From Neocallimastix sp. 'constans' (taxonomy: Eukaryota), in NCBI GenBank assembly GCA_050613775.1, contig JBODTK010000126.1:310001-374000 (forward strand): 64,000 nt of DNA. The letters are read 5' to 3'. Below, piece after piece: positions 43,816 to 58,279 of the stretch. Position 1 is the stretch's first letter; every line of letters starts with the position of its first letter. Below the pieces are notes generated by a model, which saw only the letters and a list, made by a program, of their open reading frames with translations, had not been told where the DNA came from and did not search any database. Both the position numbers and the translations under genes were made by a program.

Positions 43816-43825
43816 CTCCCCCTCA
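43816..43825 (-). other. Polypurine tract (TGAGGGGGAG)
   Basis: Typical copia PPT immediately upstream of the 3' LTR on the element strand. Confidence 0.92.
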
Positions 43826-43835
43826 AATAATATTT

Positions 43836-45803
43836 TTAGATAAAAATGTTGTTTGTAAATTTTTGTATCTTTGGTCCATTTGAGTCCTTGGTTAATATGT
43901 CCGCTAGCATGTTTTCAGTATCAATATATTCTAATTTTACTTTCTTTTTTGCAATATTGTCCCTGTTGAAATGATATCTTACACTTATATGCTTTAATTT
44001 TGTATTTATTTCTCCGTTCTCCATTATTTTCTTACTTGCTTGATTATCTGTATAGATTTTAACAGTTATCCATTTGTTTAAAATTTCTTTTATTATATTT
44101 CTAATCCATAATATTTTCTTTATATTTTCGGAAGTGCTTATGTATTCTGCTTCAGCAGTAGACGTAGCAACACTTGTTTGTTTCTTGGACAACCAGCATA
44201 TCGGACTTGTTCCCATAAGTATTATTCCTCCTGAGGTAGATTTTCTATCTTCCAAACAGCCGGCAAAGTCAGAGTCGGTATATGAGACAAGCTCCCCCTT
44301 TCCATTATATTCTATCTTAAATTCTTTAGTACTGTTAATATATTTTAGAATATTTATTATTTTGTTCCAATCTGATATAGTTGGATTTTCACATTTTCTT
44401 GAAGCTTTATTTACAGCGAAAGCTATGTCAGGTCTAGTACATTTCGAAAGGTATATTAAGGAACCTATTGCGCTTTTGTAGATTGTTTTATCGAAAGGTT
44501 TATTGTTTTCTGATATTTTATTATCACCAGTACATGGTGTTTTTCTTTTCTTTGTATTATCAATATTAAATTTATATAACATATTATTTATAAAATTTTT
44601 CTGTGAAATAATATATGAATTATTTTCTTTCTTTACTTCAATTCCTAATATGTATTCAATTGGATCACATTTAGATATTTTAAATTTTGATTTTATTTTA
44701 TTTATTATTTGTTTAATGTATTTGTTTTCCCCAGCGATGACCATGTCATCCACATATAAACCGATAATGCATTTTGTTATATTATTTTTTGTAAATTTGA
44801 AAATACATTGTTCGGATTTAATTTGAATGAACTCATTTTTTATTAGGAATTTTCTAATGGTATTATACCATTGTCTACCAGATTGCTTAAGGCCATACAA
44901 AGCTTTGTTGAGCTTCCAATATCCCCGCCCAAAGCGCGTATCGCCTTTAGGAATAGTAGTATAAATATCTTTATCAAGCGGAGCATTAAGGTAAGCGGCC
45001 TTTATATTAAGCTGGAAAATATTCCACTTAAGAGCAGCAGAAATAGCGAATATTAGTTTAAGACCATCAATGTTTAGAGTAGGAGAATAAGTTAATTCAT
45101 AATCGATTCCCCATTTTTGTTTAAATCCACGAGCAACTAAACGAGCTTTATATTTATAAATATTATTATTTGAATCACGTCTAGTGTTGAAAACCCATTT
45201 TGTGGTAATGATGTTTTTGTTTTTAGGTACATTTTTAACAAAAGTCATAATATTATTAGAATAAAGGTTATTAAGTTCATCATTAATAGCCTCAATCCAG
45301 TTATTTTTGTCTTCACTGTTTATTGCTTCTTCATATATATTAGGAATGTGACAAAATATAGAAGCAATAATAATGTCGTTGATTTGGTCTAGTTTTCTAC
45401 GAGTACTAATATTAGTAGGTGCAGTCTCTTTATATTTTGGACTAAGTGGTCTTTTATAGATGTTGCCATATTCTGTATTGGCTACAATGTCATCCATAAT
45501 TTCATCTTTATAAAAATCAATAACACTTGATGCATCTATAAGAGATTTGTGGGCATAATTTTCTTTGTTTACTATATTATTGTTGTTAAATTTATTATTT
45601 ATTTCGTTATTATTAGTAAGTGAAATTTCGTCTGTTTTTTGAGAAATTTGGTTGGTTGAAGAATCGGTTATTAAAGGTAAATTCTGATTAATATTATATG
45701 GAAGAGTTATATTTTTAAGATTTTCCATTACCGAATTTTTATTATCTGAAGGAATATTTTTGATATCTATTGTAGGAGTGGAGAAATTATAGTTTTTCTT
45801 CAT
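43836..45803 (-). CDS. Copia-type reverse transcriptase + RNase H (truncated pol; first RT catalytic Asp replaced by Asn)
   Basis: KWVF...KYKARLVARGFKQ, QLNIKAAYLNA, LNKALYGLKQSGRQW, YVDDM, TRPDIAFAV; RNase H motifs YTDSDFAG, EAEY, YTDNQ, ADILTK. Confidence 0.95.
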   Translation of the reverse strand: MKKNYNFSTPTIDIKNIPSDNKNSVMENLKNITLPYNINQNLPLITDSSTNQISQKTDEISLTNNNEINNKFNNNNIVNKENYAHKSLIDASSVIDFYKDEIMDDIVANTEYGNIYKRPLSPKYKETAPTNISTRRKLDQINDIIIASIFCHIPNIYEEAINSEDKNNWIEAINDELNNLYSNNIMTFVKNVPKNKNIITTKWVFNTRRDSNNNIYKYKARLVARGFKQKWGIDYELTYSPTLNIDGLKLIFAISAALKWNIFQLNIKAAYLNAPLDKDIYTTIPKGDTRFGRGYWKLNKALYGLKQSGRQWYNTIRKFLIKNEFIQIKSEQCIFKFTKNNITKCIIGLYVDDMVIAGENKYIKQIINKIKSKFKISKCDPIEYILGIEVKKENNSYIISQKNFINNMLYKFNIDNTKKRKTPCTGDNKISENNKPFDKTIYKSAIGSLIYLSKCTRPDIAFAVNKASRKCENPTISDWNKIINILKYINSTKEFKIEYNGKGELVSYTDSDFAGCLEDRKSTSGGIILMGTSPICWLSKKQTSVATSTAEAEYISTSENIKKILWIRNIIKEILNKWITVKIYTDNQASKKIMENGEINTKLKHISVRYHFNRDNIAKKKVKLEYIDTENMLADILTKDSNGPKIQKFTNNIFI

Positions 45804-45860
45804 AGAGTTTTGAATTTTGTTGAATTAATTCATTATTTTTCGATAAAAAATTTTTATTAA

Positions 45861-46100
45861 TTAAATTTTGGTAATTAATTTAGTAATTACCTTGTTGATA
45901 ACATCGTTGACATTGGGGTCGTAATTAAAACCTACGTCATTAAGTTTTCCAACGACGTCGACTTCCATGAATTCCTTAATGCCTTGACGTTTAGCGGCAT
46001 TGTCAATAAGGAATTTCCACTCATTAAAGTTGGATTTTCCATGGAGGCGTTGGTCCTTAGCTAAGTTAAAGTCTTGAATGATTTCGAAGTGGTGAATGTA
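45861..46100 (-). pseudogene. Copia gag N-terminal fragment
   Basis: 79-codon open frame with no ATG upstream of the motif: ...RLHGKSNFNEWKFLIDNAAKRQGIKEFM..., matching the copia gag L-x-G-x-x-N-[YF]-x-x-W-K pattern. It lies just downstream of the PBS. Confidence 0.75.
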
Positions 46101-46139
46101 TTAATTAAGTACTTTTAATAATAAATGATATGAGTCAAC

Positions 46140-46153
46140 TGAGACTCTTAATC
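46140..46153 (-). other. Primer-binding site complementary to the anticodon arm of tRNA-Lys(CUU)
   Basis: The element strand reads LTR-CA|GATTAAGAGTCTCA. Its complement TGAGACTCTTAATC corresponds to tRNA-Lys(CTT) positions about 27-40 (loop CTCTTAA). No TGG start. Confidence 0.8.
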
Positions 46154-46936
<783 letters not shown>

Positions 46937-47257
46937 GTTTTTCATAAATGGATGATTAAAATATTAATATATGAATTAATATCTTCAAATCATTATATAT
47001 GAATTCATAAACTAAAAGAATATATAAGAATTATCTTTAATTTCAATAATTTACTTATTTATTTTATTTTAGAATTAATATCAATGAAATAGTATTATAT
47101 TTTAAAAAAAAAATAAAAATTTGTTTATATCATTTTTATAAATAAAAATAACATATGTAGAAAATTTTTATTAAGTATATAATAATATTAATATATTTTC
47201 AATATCTATTATTTAATATATTATATATAAATTTATTGTAAATTTATTATTTGTTTA

Positions 47258-47296
<39 letters not shown>

Positions 47297-48157
47297 AAAA
47301 TTTATCAAAAAAAAAAATATTTATAAGCTACAAAAAAAAAAGTTATAATTTTTAATACATATTTTTTTTTTTATAAGAAAGTTATCATATTATTTAAAAT
47401 ATATTATAGAATTTCTTCAAAAACGTGAACTTTAAAATAACATTGAACCTTTTTCAATAGACAAAAGGATAAATTCTAAAACAAAGTTAATTAAATAAAA
47501 CTAAAAAGCAAATTTAGTAATGATACATTAATTATAACATTATTATTACAAATGTATAAAAATAATATAATTAAATCAAACTAAAAGCAAATTTAATAAT
47601 GATACATTAATTATTATTACAAATATATAAAAATAATATTAGTGGTATATTCTTAATAAATATCATTTTTTTCTTTCATAAATAAAATAAATAATTATAT
47701 ATGTTATTATAAGAATTTAAATTTTTATACATTTTATGAACTCCATTAACCGAATAAATATATAAGAATGCACCTCAATTACAATTGATAGTATTTTTTT
47801 TTTTTTAGCATAATTACTAACAATGTCATTATTAATGTAATAATAATGATAAATTTAATAAAAGGTAGTTGCAAATTATTAAAAAACAACATAAAAAAAA
47901 ATATAAATAAAATAAAATAAAAAAAAAAGTATTTTAAAAAAGAATATCATTTAAAGTTATATAAGAATGCTTTTTAATTTATAAAATCAAACAAAAAAAT
48001 GTACCGTAATACAAGAAAATACATCTTTAAATTTATTTTTTTACATCCAATTTATATTTTATAAGAATATCATTATTTTATTAATGTACTATATATTAAA
48101 AATTATAACATTTTAAGTTTTTTTTTTTTTTTTTTTTAATAATATTTGTTAAGTCAG

Positions 48158-50040
48158 GATTTATAATTATGTCAACTTTATTGATATATTTTATGATATT
48201 TTATGATTAAGAGTTACTAGCACTTAATTATTCTAAATTAAAAATGCTTTTTATATTAATACGTTGTGGCTTATATATTAATAATATTACATTATATTTT
48301 ATTAAATTAATAACACAGTTATTCGTACTATTTGATAATTAATAAATTTTTAAAATTATAATACTATAATGTATTTATATTTGATACTTATATAATCTAG
48401 TTATTTCTATAATGAATAAATTGGTTTATTGGTGAATATGTTGTATATAACATTATCCTATTTTATAATATTAACTTGATATTATAAAACTATTAGTTAT
48501 CTCTATTCTAAATTAACTCTTAATTTTACATAAATAAAATAATTTTTACATTATATTAATTTTTTAATTTGATTTAAATATTGTTAAAATAATTTCTTAA
48601 ATATGCTTGTAATCTAAAAGTTTCCCCTTTAAACTTTAATATTATTATTAGACATATCTAAGTCATTTCTTATAATATATGGTTTATATATACCATTTAT
48701 TTGATGGAAACCTTTCTCTTGAAGAGTGATATTATACCATCTCAATTTGTGTAAATACCTCTTATATATGGGGTTTTACATCACTTTCAATTATAATCCG
48801 ATTTGAAGACGAATGCTAACTTTTTTTTATATATATACTCGCTTTAGCAACAATTATTAAAGAAATTGTTAATTATATATATAGGTGTACTTGATAAATC
48901 ATAATCTTGGGGTATTAAAATTGATTTCATTTATAACTAATTATATTATTCTTGTCATTTAAACTTATTAGGAAATAATGTAAAAATGTTTCATAAATTA
49001 TTAAGATTCAGTATTTCAGTTAATTTCTTTTTATAATTTTTACTAATTTTCTCTATTTGGACTATTTTTATTCATTTCCAAGATAAATATAATTTTTAAA
49101 TAATCAGTATAAAGAAACAGTTAAATAATTTTCCTTTAATATTTTATGTTCTTTTTTTTATGTTGCCTATTCCTCCCCCCCCCCCTTAAAATTCAAATTT
49201 CTCAAAGGATTTTATATATTTGAATTTTTCCTTTATTGAAATATTAATGATGGAAGTTTAATAATTATAACTTCTTGAATACTATGTGATAAATAAGTAT
49301 AATTTGTAGATGGATAAACATCATCTATTTATATAAAACTCATAGATATATTTATTATATTATTATTCCTTTCATCATAAAAGTTTGTATTATGATTATA
49401 TTAAATTAGTTATTAACTAAACCTATTTCATGCTAGGTTTAATAATGCTGTTATTTTTAGAATGCACTCATTTCACGTTAGGAATCACCATTCCATTAAA
49501 ATTTTCTCGAATTTTTATATTATATAAATTATTTTGTTTGGGACCTCTGACATATAGTCTCCTCTATTACTTTTGTTTATATATATATATGCATTTGATA
49601 TATATAAATGCTAGTTAAAATAATTATATTTTATATAATATGTTTTGTGGTTGAGAAAAAACCATTGTTTAATATACGATTGCTTAAATCTTTGTAAATA
49701 ACGTATATTATTAAACTATATTTTATATATTCATGTATATTCATGGGGAGGAAATAGTTTATGACAAAGAAGATTCCTTTATGTATAAATATATATAAAT
49801 ATAGTATATTAAATTGACAAATTGAACAACTTCTATTATAATTTAAAATTCAAATTTATTTTTCTTTGACATACTATTGTGTCCAGCAAACAATCCTTTT
49901 GCTAAGAATCTACTAAGTGTCAGAAATTTAGGGTTTATAATTATGTCAACTTTATTAATATATTTCACAATAAAGAGTTACTAGAACTTAATTATTCTAA
50001 ATTAAATGCTTTTGTATTAATACATTGTGGCTTATACATT
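48158..50040. mobile_element. Cluster of decayed dispersed repeats (family B 48158-48295 and 49932-50040; family A 48400-48820) with stop-riddled coding-like DNA between
   Basis: Sequence similarity to 8130-8660 and 32675-33037; no intact ORF or clear terminal repeats. Confidence 0.5.
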
Positions 50041-51534
50041 TCTTTATTATTTTAATTGATTTATAATATTTATAAAGTTGATATAGTTAATATATATTAT
50101 ATACTACTTGCTTTATTCTCAATATTATTGTATAAAGCATATAATTTTTTTTTTTTTTTTTTTTTTTTCATACAATAAAATTACCTATTTATATAAAAGA
50201 ACATTATTATGATTTAATAACTTTTCTTTAAAAGACAAGGATAATAGATTTTTTGTTTAAATATATATATTAATATATATTTAATAATAGGAAATAATAA
50301 AAAAATATCTCTATATGATAAAGCATCCTTGTTTTTTTTTTTTTTTTTTAATGACAAAACAAATATAATTATTATCTAACAAATTCATTAGTTTATCCTC
50401 AATATTGCAATATTAATAAACCCTATGTATTAGGCGATTATAATATATATTTAATATAATATTATTATGATTCAGTATGATAATATAATGAATATACTAT
50501 TTATATAATTATGAATAGTATATTTTTTATTATTTTATTTGATTTATATTATTCATAAAATTGATATAATTATTATATAATTATATAATAGCCTCAATGT
50601 TTTATTCTCAATTATGTGTGTTAATCATAAAATAAAATATTAATTGTAAAATAACCTATAAAACATTTTTCTTTATTCTCTGGAATAATAATAGATCATT
50701 ATGAATTAATAACTTTTTTTTAAAAAAGGACAAAGATAATAGAGTTTTTGTTTAATTTTTTTTTTTTTTTTTTTTTTTAATTTTATTTTCAATTTTATTA
50801 ATCATATCAATAAATAATTCGCTTTAGTTAATATATAATAAAATATTATATATATAATATGTATATATATATATATATATTTTAATGAAGTTTGAATGTA
50901 ATCTTTAAGGATACTTAATTATTTCAGCTTTATAAATAATTCAAATCAGCTAAAATATATTTAATATATTACATTAATTATAATTTATTAATTTATTTTC
51001 TTTTTTTTATTAAGAATACCATAGTATAATTGAACATTATTGTAATTTTTTTTTATTTATTTTATTTTATTTCATTATTTTATTTTATTTTATTTTAGCT
51101 TATCTTTAACGATATTATAGTAATAAGTTATGAAAAATAATCATATATACACATATATATTTAATATTTAATATATATTTAAAAGATGATAAAAATAGTT
51201 ATTACATAGTAAAACTTTTTATTTTATTCCATTGTGAAAATAAATTCTTTATTTTAATAGAACTATTTTAAACAATTTTTTATAAATAATGCACATTATT
51301 TAACAATTGCAATAAATATATAAATATATATATAAAAATTAAACCTCTTAGAATATACTTTTTTTAATTTTTAATTTTTATTAACAATTTAGTATAGAAT
51401 TTTTATTTCTATGAACATATAATATTATTTTATTAGCTTAGTATAGAATTATTTCTATCTCAATATTATGTTATTAGTTTATTCTATATTAATTTTTCAT
51501 TTTTAGTTGTTATTCTCATTTATATCATGTGTAA

Positions 51535-51615
<81 letters not shown>

Positions 51616-51947
51616 TTTTAAATTTGTTTATCACATTAAGTCGATATTAAAATATTAACTCCAGTTATGTAAAATTTAAAATATATACATGTATATATAT
51701 ATATATATATTTCCACTTCCTTATAACTCACTTTCTTTTTAAAAATTGAATAAAAATGAATTTTTATTATTATTATTATTATAATAAAAATAATAATAAA
51801 AAATAGAAAAATAGAAAATATATATATATATATATAAATATATAATAAATAAAAATAAAAAATAAAAAAATATTTATAAATTACTTTAAATATTCATTTT
51901 AAATGGTGTATCATTCATTTAATAATATAGTGAATAATCATTAATTA

Positions 51948-53084
<1,137 letters not shown>

Positions 53085-55110
53085 TTACTATTAATTTTTA
53101 ATTTATATATATATAAATAATAAATATTTTAAAAATTAAAAAAAAAAAAACAATAAAACAAAATAAAAAAGAAATTATAAATAAAATAATAATAATAATT
53201 TACCTTTTTTTAATAAGTTTTTTTGTCTTTATAAATATTTAAAAAAATTTTTTTTTTTTTAACTAAAAATAAAATTTTTAAATATATATATATATCATTA
53301 CTTTGTGGAACCAAATTATTATTGTTTATAAAAAATTGATTTTAGTATTATATATGGTTAGGTTTTATATATCCATTAAAGATAACATTCAATTATTTTT
53401 AGAAAATTTTATTAACAAAAAAATTATTAATAAAGATAAATAAATGACACAATAATCATTCATTATCATTAAAACTTTAATCACATATAATAAAATATTA
53501 ACTAGTAATTATATTCAAATATATCTACGTTAATTTAATTCTATTACAAATATCGATTAATATTTATACGTTGATTATTTGATTATTGGTTTATTACTAT
53601 TTTTTTTTTTTAATTTAAACGAAATTTCAAAAAAAAAAAAAAAAAAAAATCCACAATAAAGAATTATCTCTATTCTCTATATTATAAAAGCCAAATTAAT
53701 AATATGTGCGTTAATTCTTTTAACTAAAATTATTGAATTAGTCAAATTAATCAATAACTTTTTTATGAAATATTTTTTAATAATTAAAAGAAAATATTAA
53801 TAAAAGATTATGAATGTTAATAAAAAAATATGTATAATATTTATAGGTTAAAAATCTATTGATATTCTATTTAAATATAACACAAAACCAAATAAGCAAT
53901 AATAACGATATTTAAAATCTACAATTTTTAAAAACTATAGCTAATATATTTTAATTTTATATTAAAATTAGATTATATATTATATAATTTTTCATACTTC
54001 GTATTTGTATTGATTATATATATATTTTTTAAATATTTTAAATATTTATATAAATATTTTTTAAAAATTTTTTATGATTAATTTTAAAAAATATATGTAT
54101 ATTTAAACCTTATAGTGTAAATTATTATTATTATTATTATTACTATTTTATCTTGTTAAAATATAATTATTTAACTTTGTATATATTTTTATTATATTAT
54201 AAATATTATTATATATGACCAAAAAAAAGTGGAACAAATATTTACTTTTCACTAATATTTATTTAAAATGACTTATTTTTTGATAATACATGATTTAATA
54301 TTTTTAAATTACATTCAATGGAACATACATATTTTATTATATTAAATTCATTCTTTAATAATAATTGTATAAAAAAGACTTACAAATTTTTTTTTTTTTT
54401 TTTTAAATTATATTATTGGTTGTTATAAACTATATATTATATGTAATAAACTATTTGATATTTATAATTATAATAAAAATAGAAGTATTGATTAAAAATA
54501 TAAACTAAAAATACTAATTTTCTAACAATATAAAATTTAAACAACAACATAAAATAAAAAATAATTTTTGTATAAAATCATAATTATATTTATGCTTAAC
54601 AATAAATTTATAATCATGATTTGTTGTTTTTATCAAATACTAAATATGAAATTATACATTTAATATAAGCAATTAATTATATGTATATTTATATTATATT
54701 TCCTTATTATAATTATTAAAATTTAATAAATTTTTTCATTATATTATTATTAGCAAATACTTTATAACATAGGAAATATATTGATTATTTTACATAAAAA
54801 TAATTAAAAATGTTATAAATATATTTCCTATTTTAAATTTTAAATCATGATAACTATTGATTATTATAAAAATAAAATAATTATGTCAAAAAGAATAAAA
54901 ATTTTTAAAGAACTTTAGTATTTGTAAAATAGTTAAAGGTTATAAAGTTATAAAATGTAAAAATAAATAGAGGCTCAAACTAAGAACTATTTTAAAAATT
55001 TCCCAAAATTTATCAAATATAATTTATTTACTTTTTTAATAGCAATATATATTATTTTCATAATAATATGCTTAATAAATAATAAATAAAAGTTAATTTA
55101 TATATATATA

Positions 55111-55370
55111 TATAGACTATGATTAACCGCTTTATACGACGTGTTTCATTTCAGTGATATCTTAAACTATCATTAAGAGAGGAACAACTACATTAATCCT
55201 CTTATAGATGAAGTCGCATTAGCAATTATAGTCTATACTTATCATGATGAGTGAATGCCAACTTCATATATATGAAAAAACACACTAGAAGGATGAAAAT
55301 CCCTCATATAAATTCGCGAAGTAGTATTGGGATCGATCCAAGGAATCTTATGTATAAAACACATATATTA
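55111..55370. other. GC-richer structured island: candidate tRNA-derived SINE or non-coding RNA
   Basis: 14-nt inverted repeat TATAGACTATGATT / AATTATAGTCTATA (55111-55237) enclosing nested stems, a B-box-like GGATCGATCC at about 55330, and a (TA)n run at the left edge. No long ORF. Confidence 0.35.
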
Positions 55371-57189
55371 TAATTATTTCTTTTTATTAGTGTATTGTGT
55401 TAATTTCATTTTAAGAATTTGATGATATGAAAATTAATCTGCTAATTAATATATATATATTTATATTAATATATATATATTAATATTGGTATATTATAAT
55501 ATTTGAAATTATGACAGAAAATGAAAATATTAATAATAATAAAATATGATATTAAAATATTTTTATAAATCAAATAGTAATTATTGATATTGATTAAATA
55601 TTTACTTAAAATATACAATATAATAATTATTTTAATAATCAGTATATCTTAATAAATCAAATATTAGTAGATATATTGATCATAAAAATAATAATTGAAG
55701 TATTAATCAATTTAAAGAAATATTTAAAATTATTTTAAAATCATTAAAAGTAATTATAAAATTTCTATCTTTTTATATTTCATAATTTATATATATTTTT
55801 TATATCTTGATTATTTTATATTTGTTTATTTTTTTAACAATTAGAATTATTATAGTATAAATTTTTTTTGGTAAATTCATATATATATATATATATTCAT
55901 AACCCAAATATTGATATATAAATTATGTAATTAAAATATAATAAATAACTAATAATTAATAATAATAATAATACTAATAATAATAAAATAGACTCCTGAT
56001 GATTGAAACCCTATTTTTTAATAGGTGGTGTAACCAAAAGACCGGTTTAGGGACAATAGTATTAATTTTAAATAAGATCTAAAATTTCCTAAACTTTTCT
56101 TAGTGAAAATAAAGCAGAAACTATATAATACTATAGTAATAATAATTACTTTCTTTCATTTATAAATTTCTTGATTTAACATGAGTTCTTTTTTTTTTTT
56201 TTATAATTATTTTTTTTTCTACCATATTTATTCTTTTTTATATTAATTTTTTTTTTTTGTTATTTTATTAAAAAAAAAAGTATTAATAAAACTCTATTAA
56301 TTTCAGTGTAACTTTTAAAGTTTTTTCCTTTTTTGTTTGTTGTACAACGTTAATGAATAAACTTTAATATTTATTTTAATTTATATCAAATATATTTGTT
56401 TTATTCTATCAATATATTATTCAATATAATTTAATATTATAATTTTTATATTTAATAAACATTAATAATTAAAGTTTTTTTTTAAAATCATATTTATTAT
56501 AGATATTATATAATTTAATATTTATATTTTTATAATTAAATTTTTTAATTTATAATATAATATAATAAGATAAAAAAGATTTATATAAATATATATAAAA
56601 TAAGATATATTCTTTTGTAGTAATAAAATAAAATATGAAATTTTTTAAAGTAATAAGATATAATTATATATCTATTTTTTTATAGTAATAAAGTTTAAAC
56701 ATTAAATTGAAATAACTTAATTTATATTTATTTTATTACATTTGAGATAAGTTAAATCATTATTTAATCAAAAAAGGATTTGGATTATATCGATTAATAA
56801 TGATAGTTAGGTAATTAATTATAAAATATTAATAAAATGAATTATGCTAAGAAAATATTATCAAAAATCGTTTTTATTCCTATTAAAGATTATATTTACA
56901 TGGTATTCATAATAATTTTTTTTTATATTTAAATATTTAAATTTATTATATATACTATCATTAATAATTACATTAATATTTAGTTAATGAATTTATTTAA
57001 ATAATGAAATTATTTCAATTTTATAAACAATATAAAAAAAAAAGAAAGCAATAAGATATCCTTATATATTAAATAATAAAAAAACTTTTAATAAAAAATT
57101 TTTAAATGTAATTTATATATATTAAAACTGATATTAATATTAATATAAATAAATAAATATCAAAAATTATTTATTTATTTTTTTTTTAC

Positions 57190-57388
57190 TTAATTTTAAT
57201 TTTAATTTTTCTTTTTATTGAATATTATTTTATATTTTAAATCTTTTTAAATTTATGCTATATTTTTTTTTAATATCGACTTTATTTTTTTAATTTTAAT
57301 TTTTCTTTTTATTGAATATTATTTTATATTTTAAATCTTTTTAAATTTATGCTATATTTTTTTTTAATATCGACTTTATTTTTTTTAA
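57190..57388. repeat. Tandem duplication of an approximately 98-bp unit
   Basis: taattttaatttt...ctttttattgaatattattttatattttaaatctttttaaatttatgctatattttttttaatatcgactttattttttt occurs twice head to tail. Confidence 0.9.
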
Positions 57389-58279
57389 TGAATTTATTTA
57401 AAAATTAAAATAAATTATAAATTATTTTAATTTTTAAAATAATACTTTATTTATACCATGTTAAATTTAACTAAACTTTAAAATAAAGATATTCAATAAA
57501 AAGTAAATATTATATAGTTATTAAACTTTTTCGACAAATATACATTCCAGTAATAATTTGTAAAATAAGGAAAAATAACTATAAACTATTTTATACATAT
57601 TTTTGTAAGACAAATATTAATAAATATTTTGAATATATTATTTTTTTTTATTAAAATTACTATTCATATAATTAATTTTATTTATATATTTTATTGTTGT
57701 TATTGTATATGTAGAGGTTTTTTTAAATATTAATATTTCAATTTATATGTTTAATCAATATTAGATAAAATATTAATTTTTAATAATTAAAGTACAAATA
57801 AATAACTAAGAAACAGAAGTAGATAAAAAAAAATATTAAATAAATAAATAAATATTCATAAATTATATATAAAAAAAAAATTCTTCAATTATCTTTCAAT
57901 TTCATAAATTCGATAAATTCACATTTTTATCAATTGTATTTCAATATCCTAAATTCTTTCATATAATATATATATATATTTTGGAAGTAAATAAATAACA
58001 GTAATAGAAAGATTCTATATAAAAGGGCCTTTATAATTATTATATCTCATATTAGCAATTTAAAAATCATAATTAATATAATATAAAAATAAATTTATAA
58101 AAATATAAAATCCAGCAATAAACAATAATAGTATTTATAACAATAAAGTCAATATATATTATAGAATAATCAACTTTATTTTTATTTAAGAAAAATTAAA
58201 ATTTCAATTGTAAATTTAAGAATATATACATTTTAGTTTTTATATATTGAAAAAGTTTTATTTAAATATTAATAAAAAA

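Noticed and set aside
44074..45056. Antisense ORFs over the RT gene, and similar ones at 16673, 35059, 58818, 59939 and 62583
   Set aside because: Shadows of real genes on the opposite strand, with no independent motifs.
55240..56005. TGATGA motifs (about 55245 and 55997) as hammerhead cores or C boxes
   Set aside because: No correctly placed GAAA plus stems I-III, and no downstream CTGA D box.
56040..56054. CCCTAAACC as a telomerase RNA template
   Set aside because: Only a 9-nt match to a TTTAGGG repeat, with no pseudoknot context or evidence for that telomere type.
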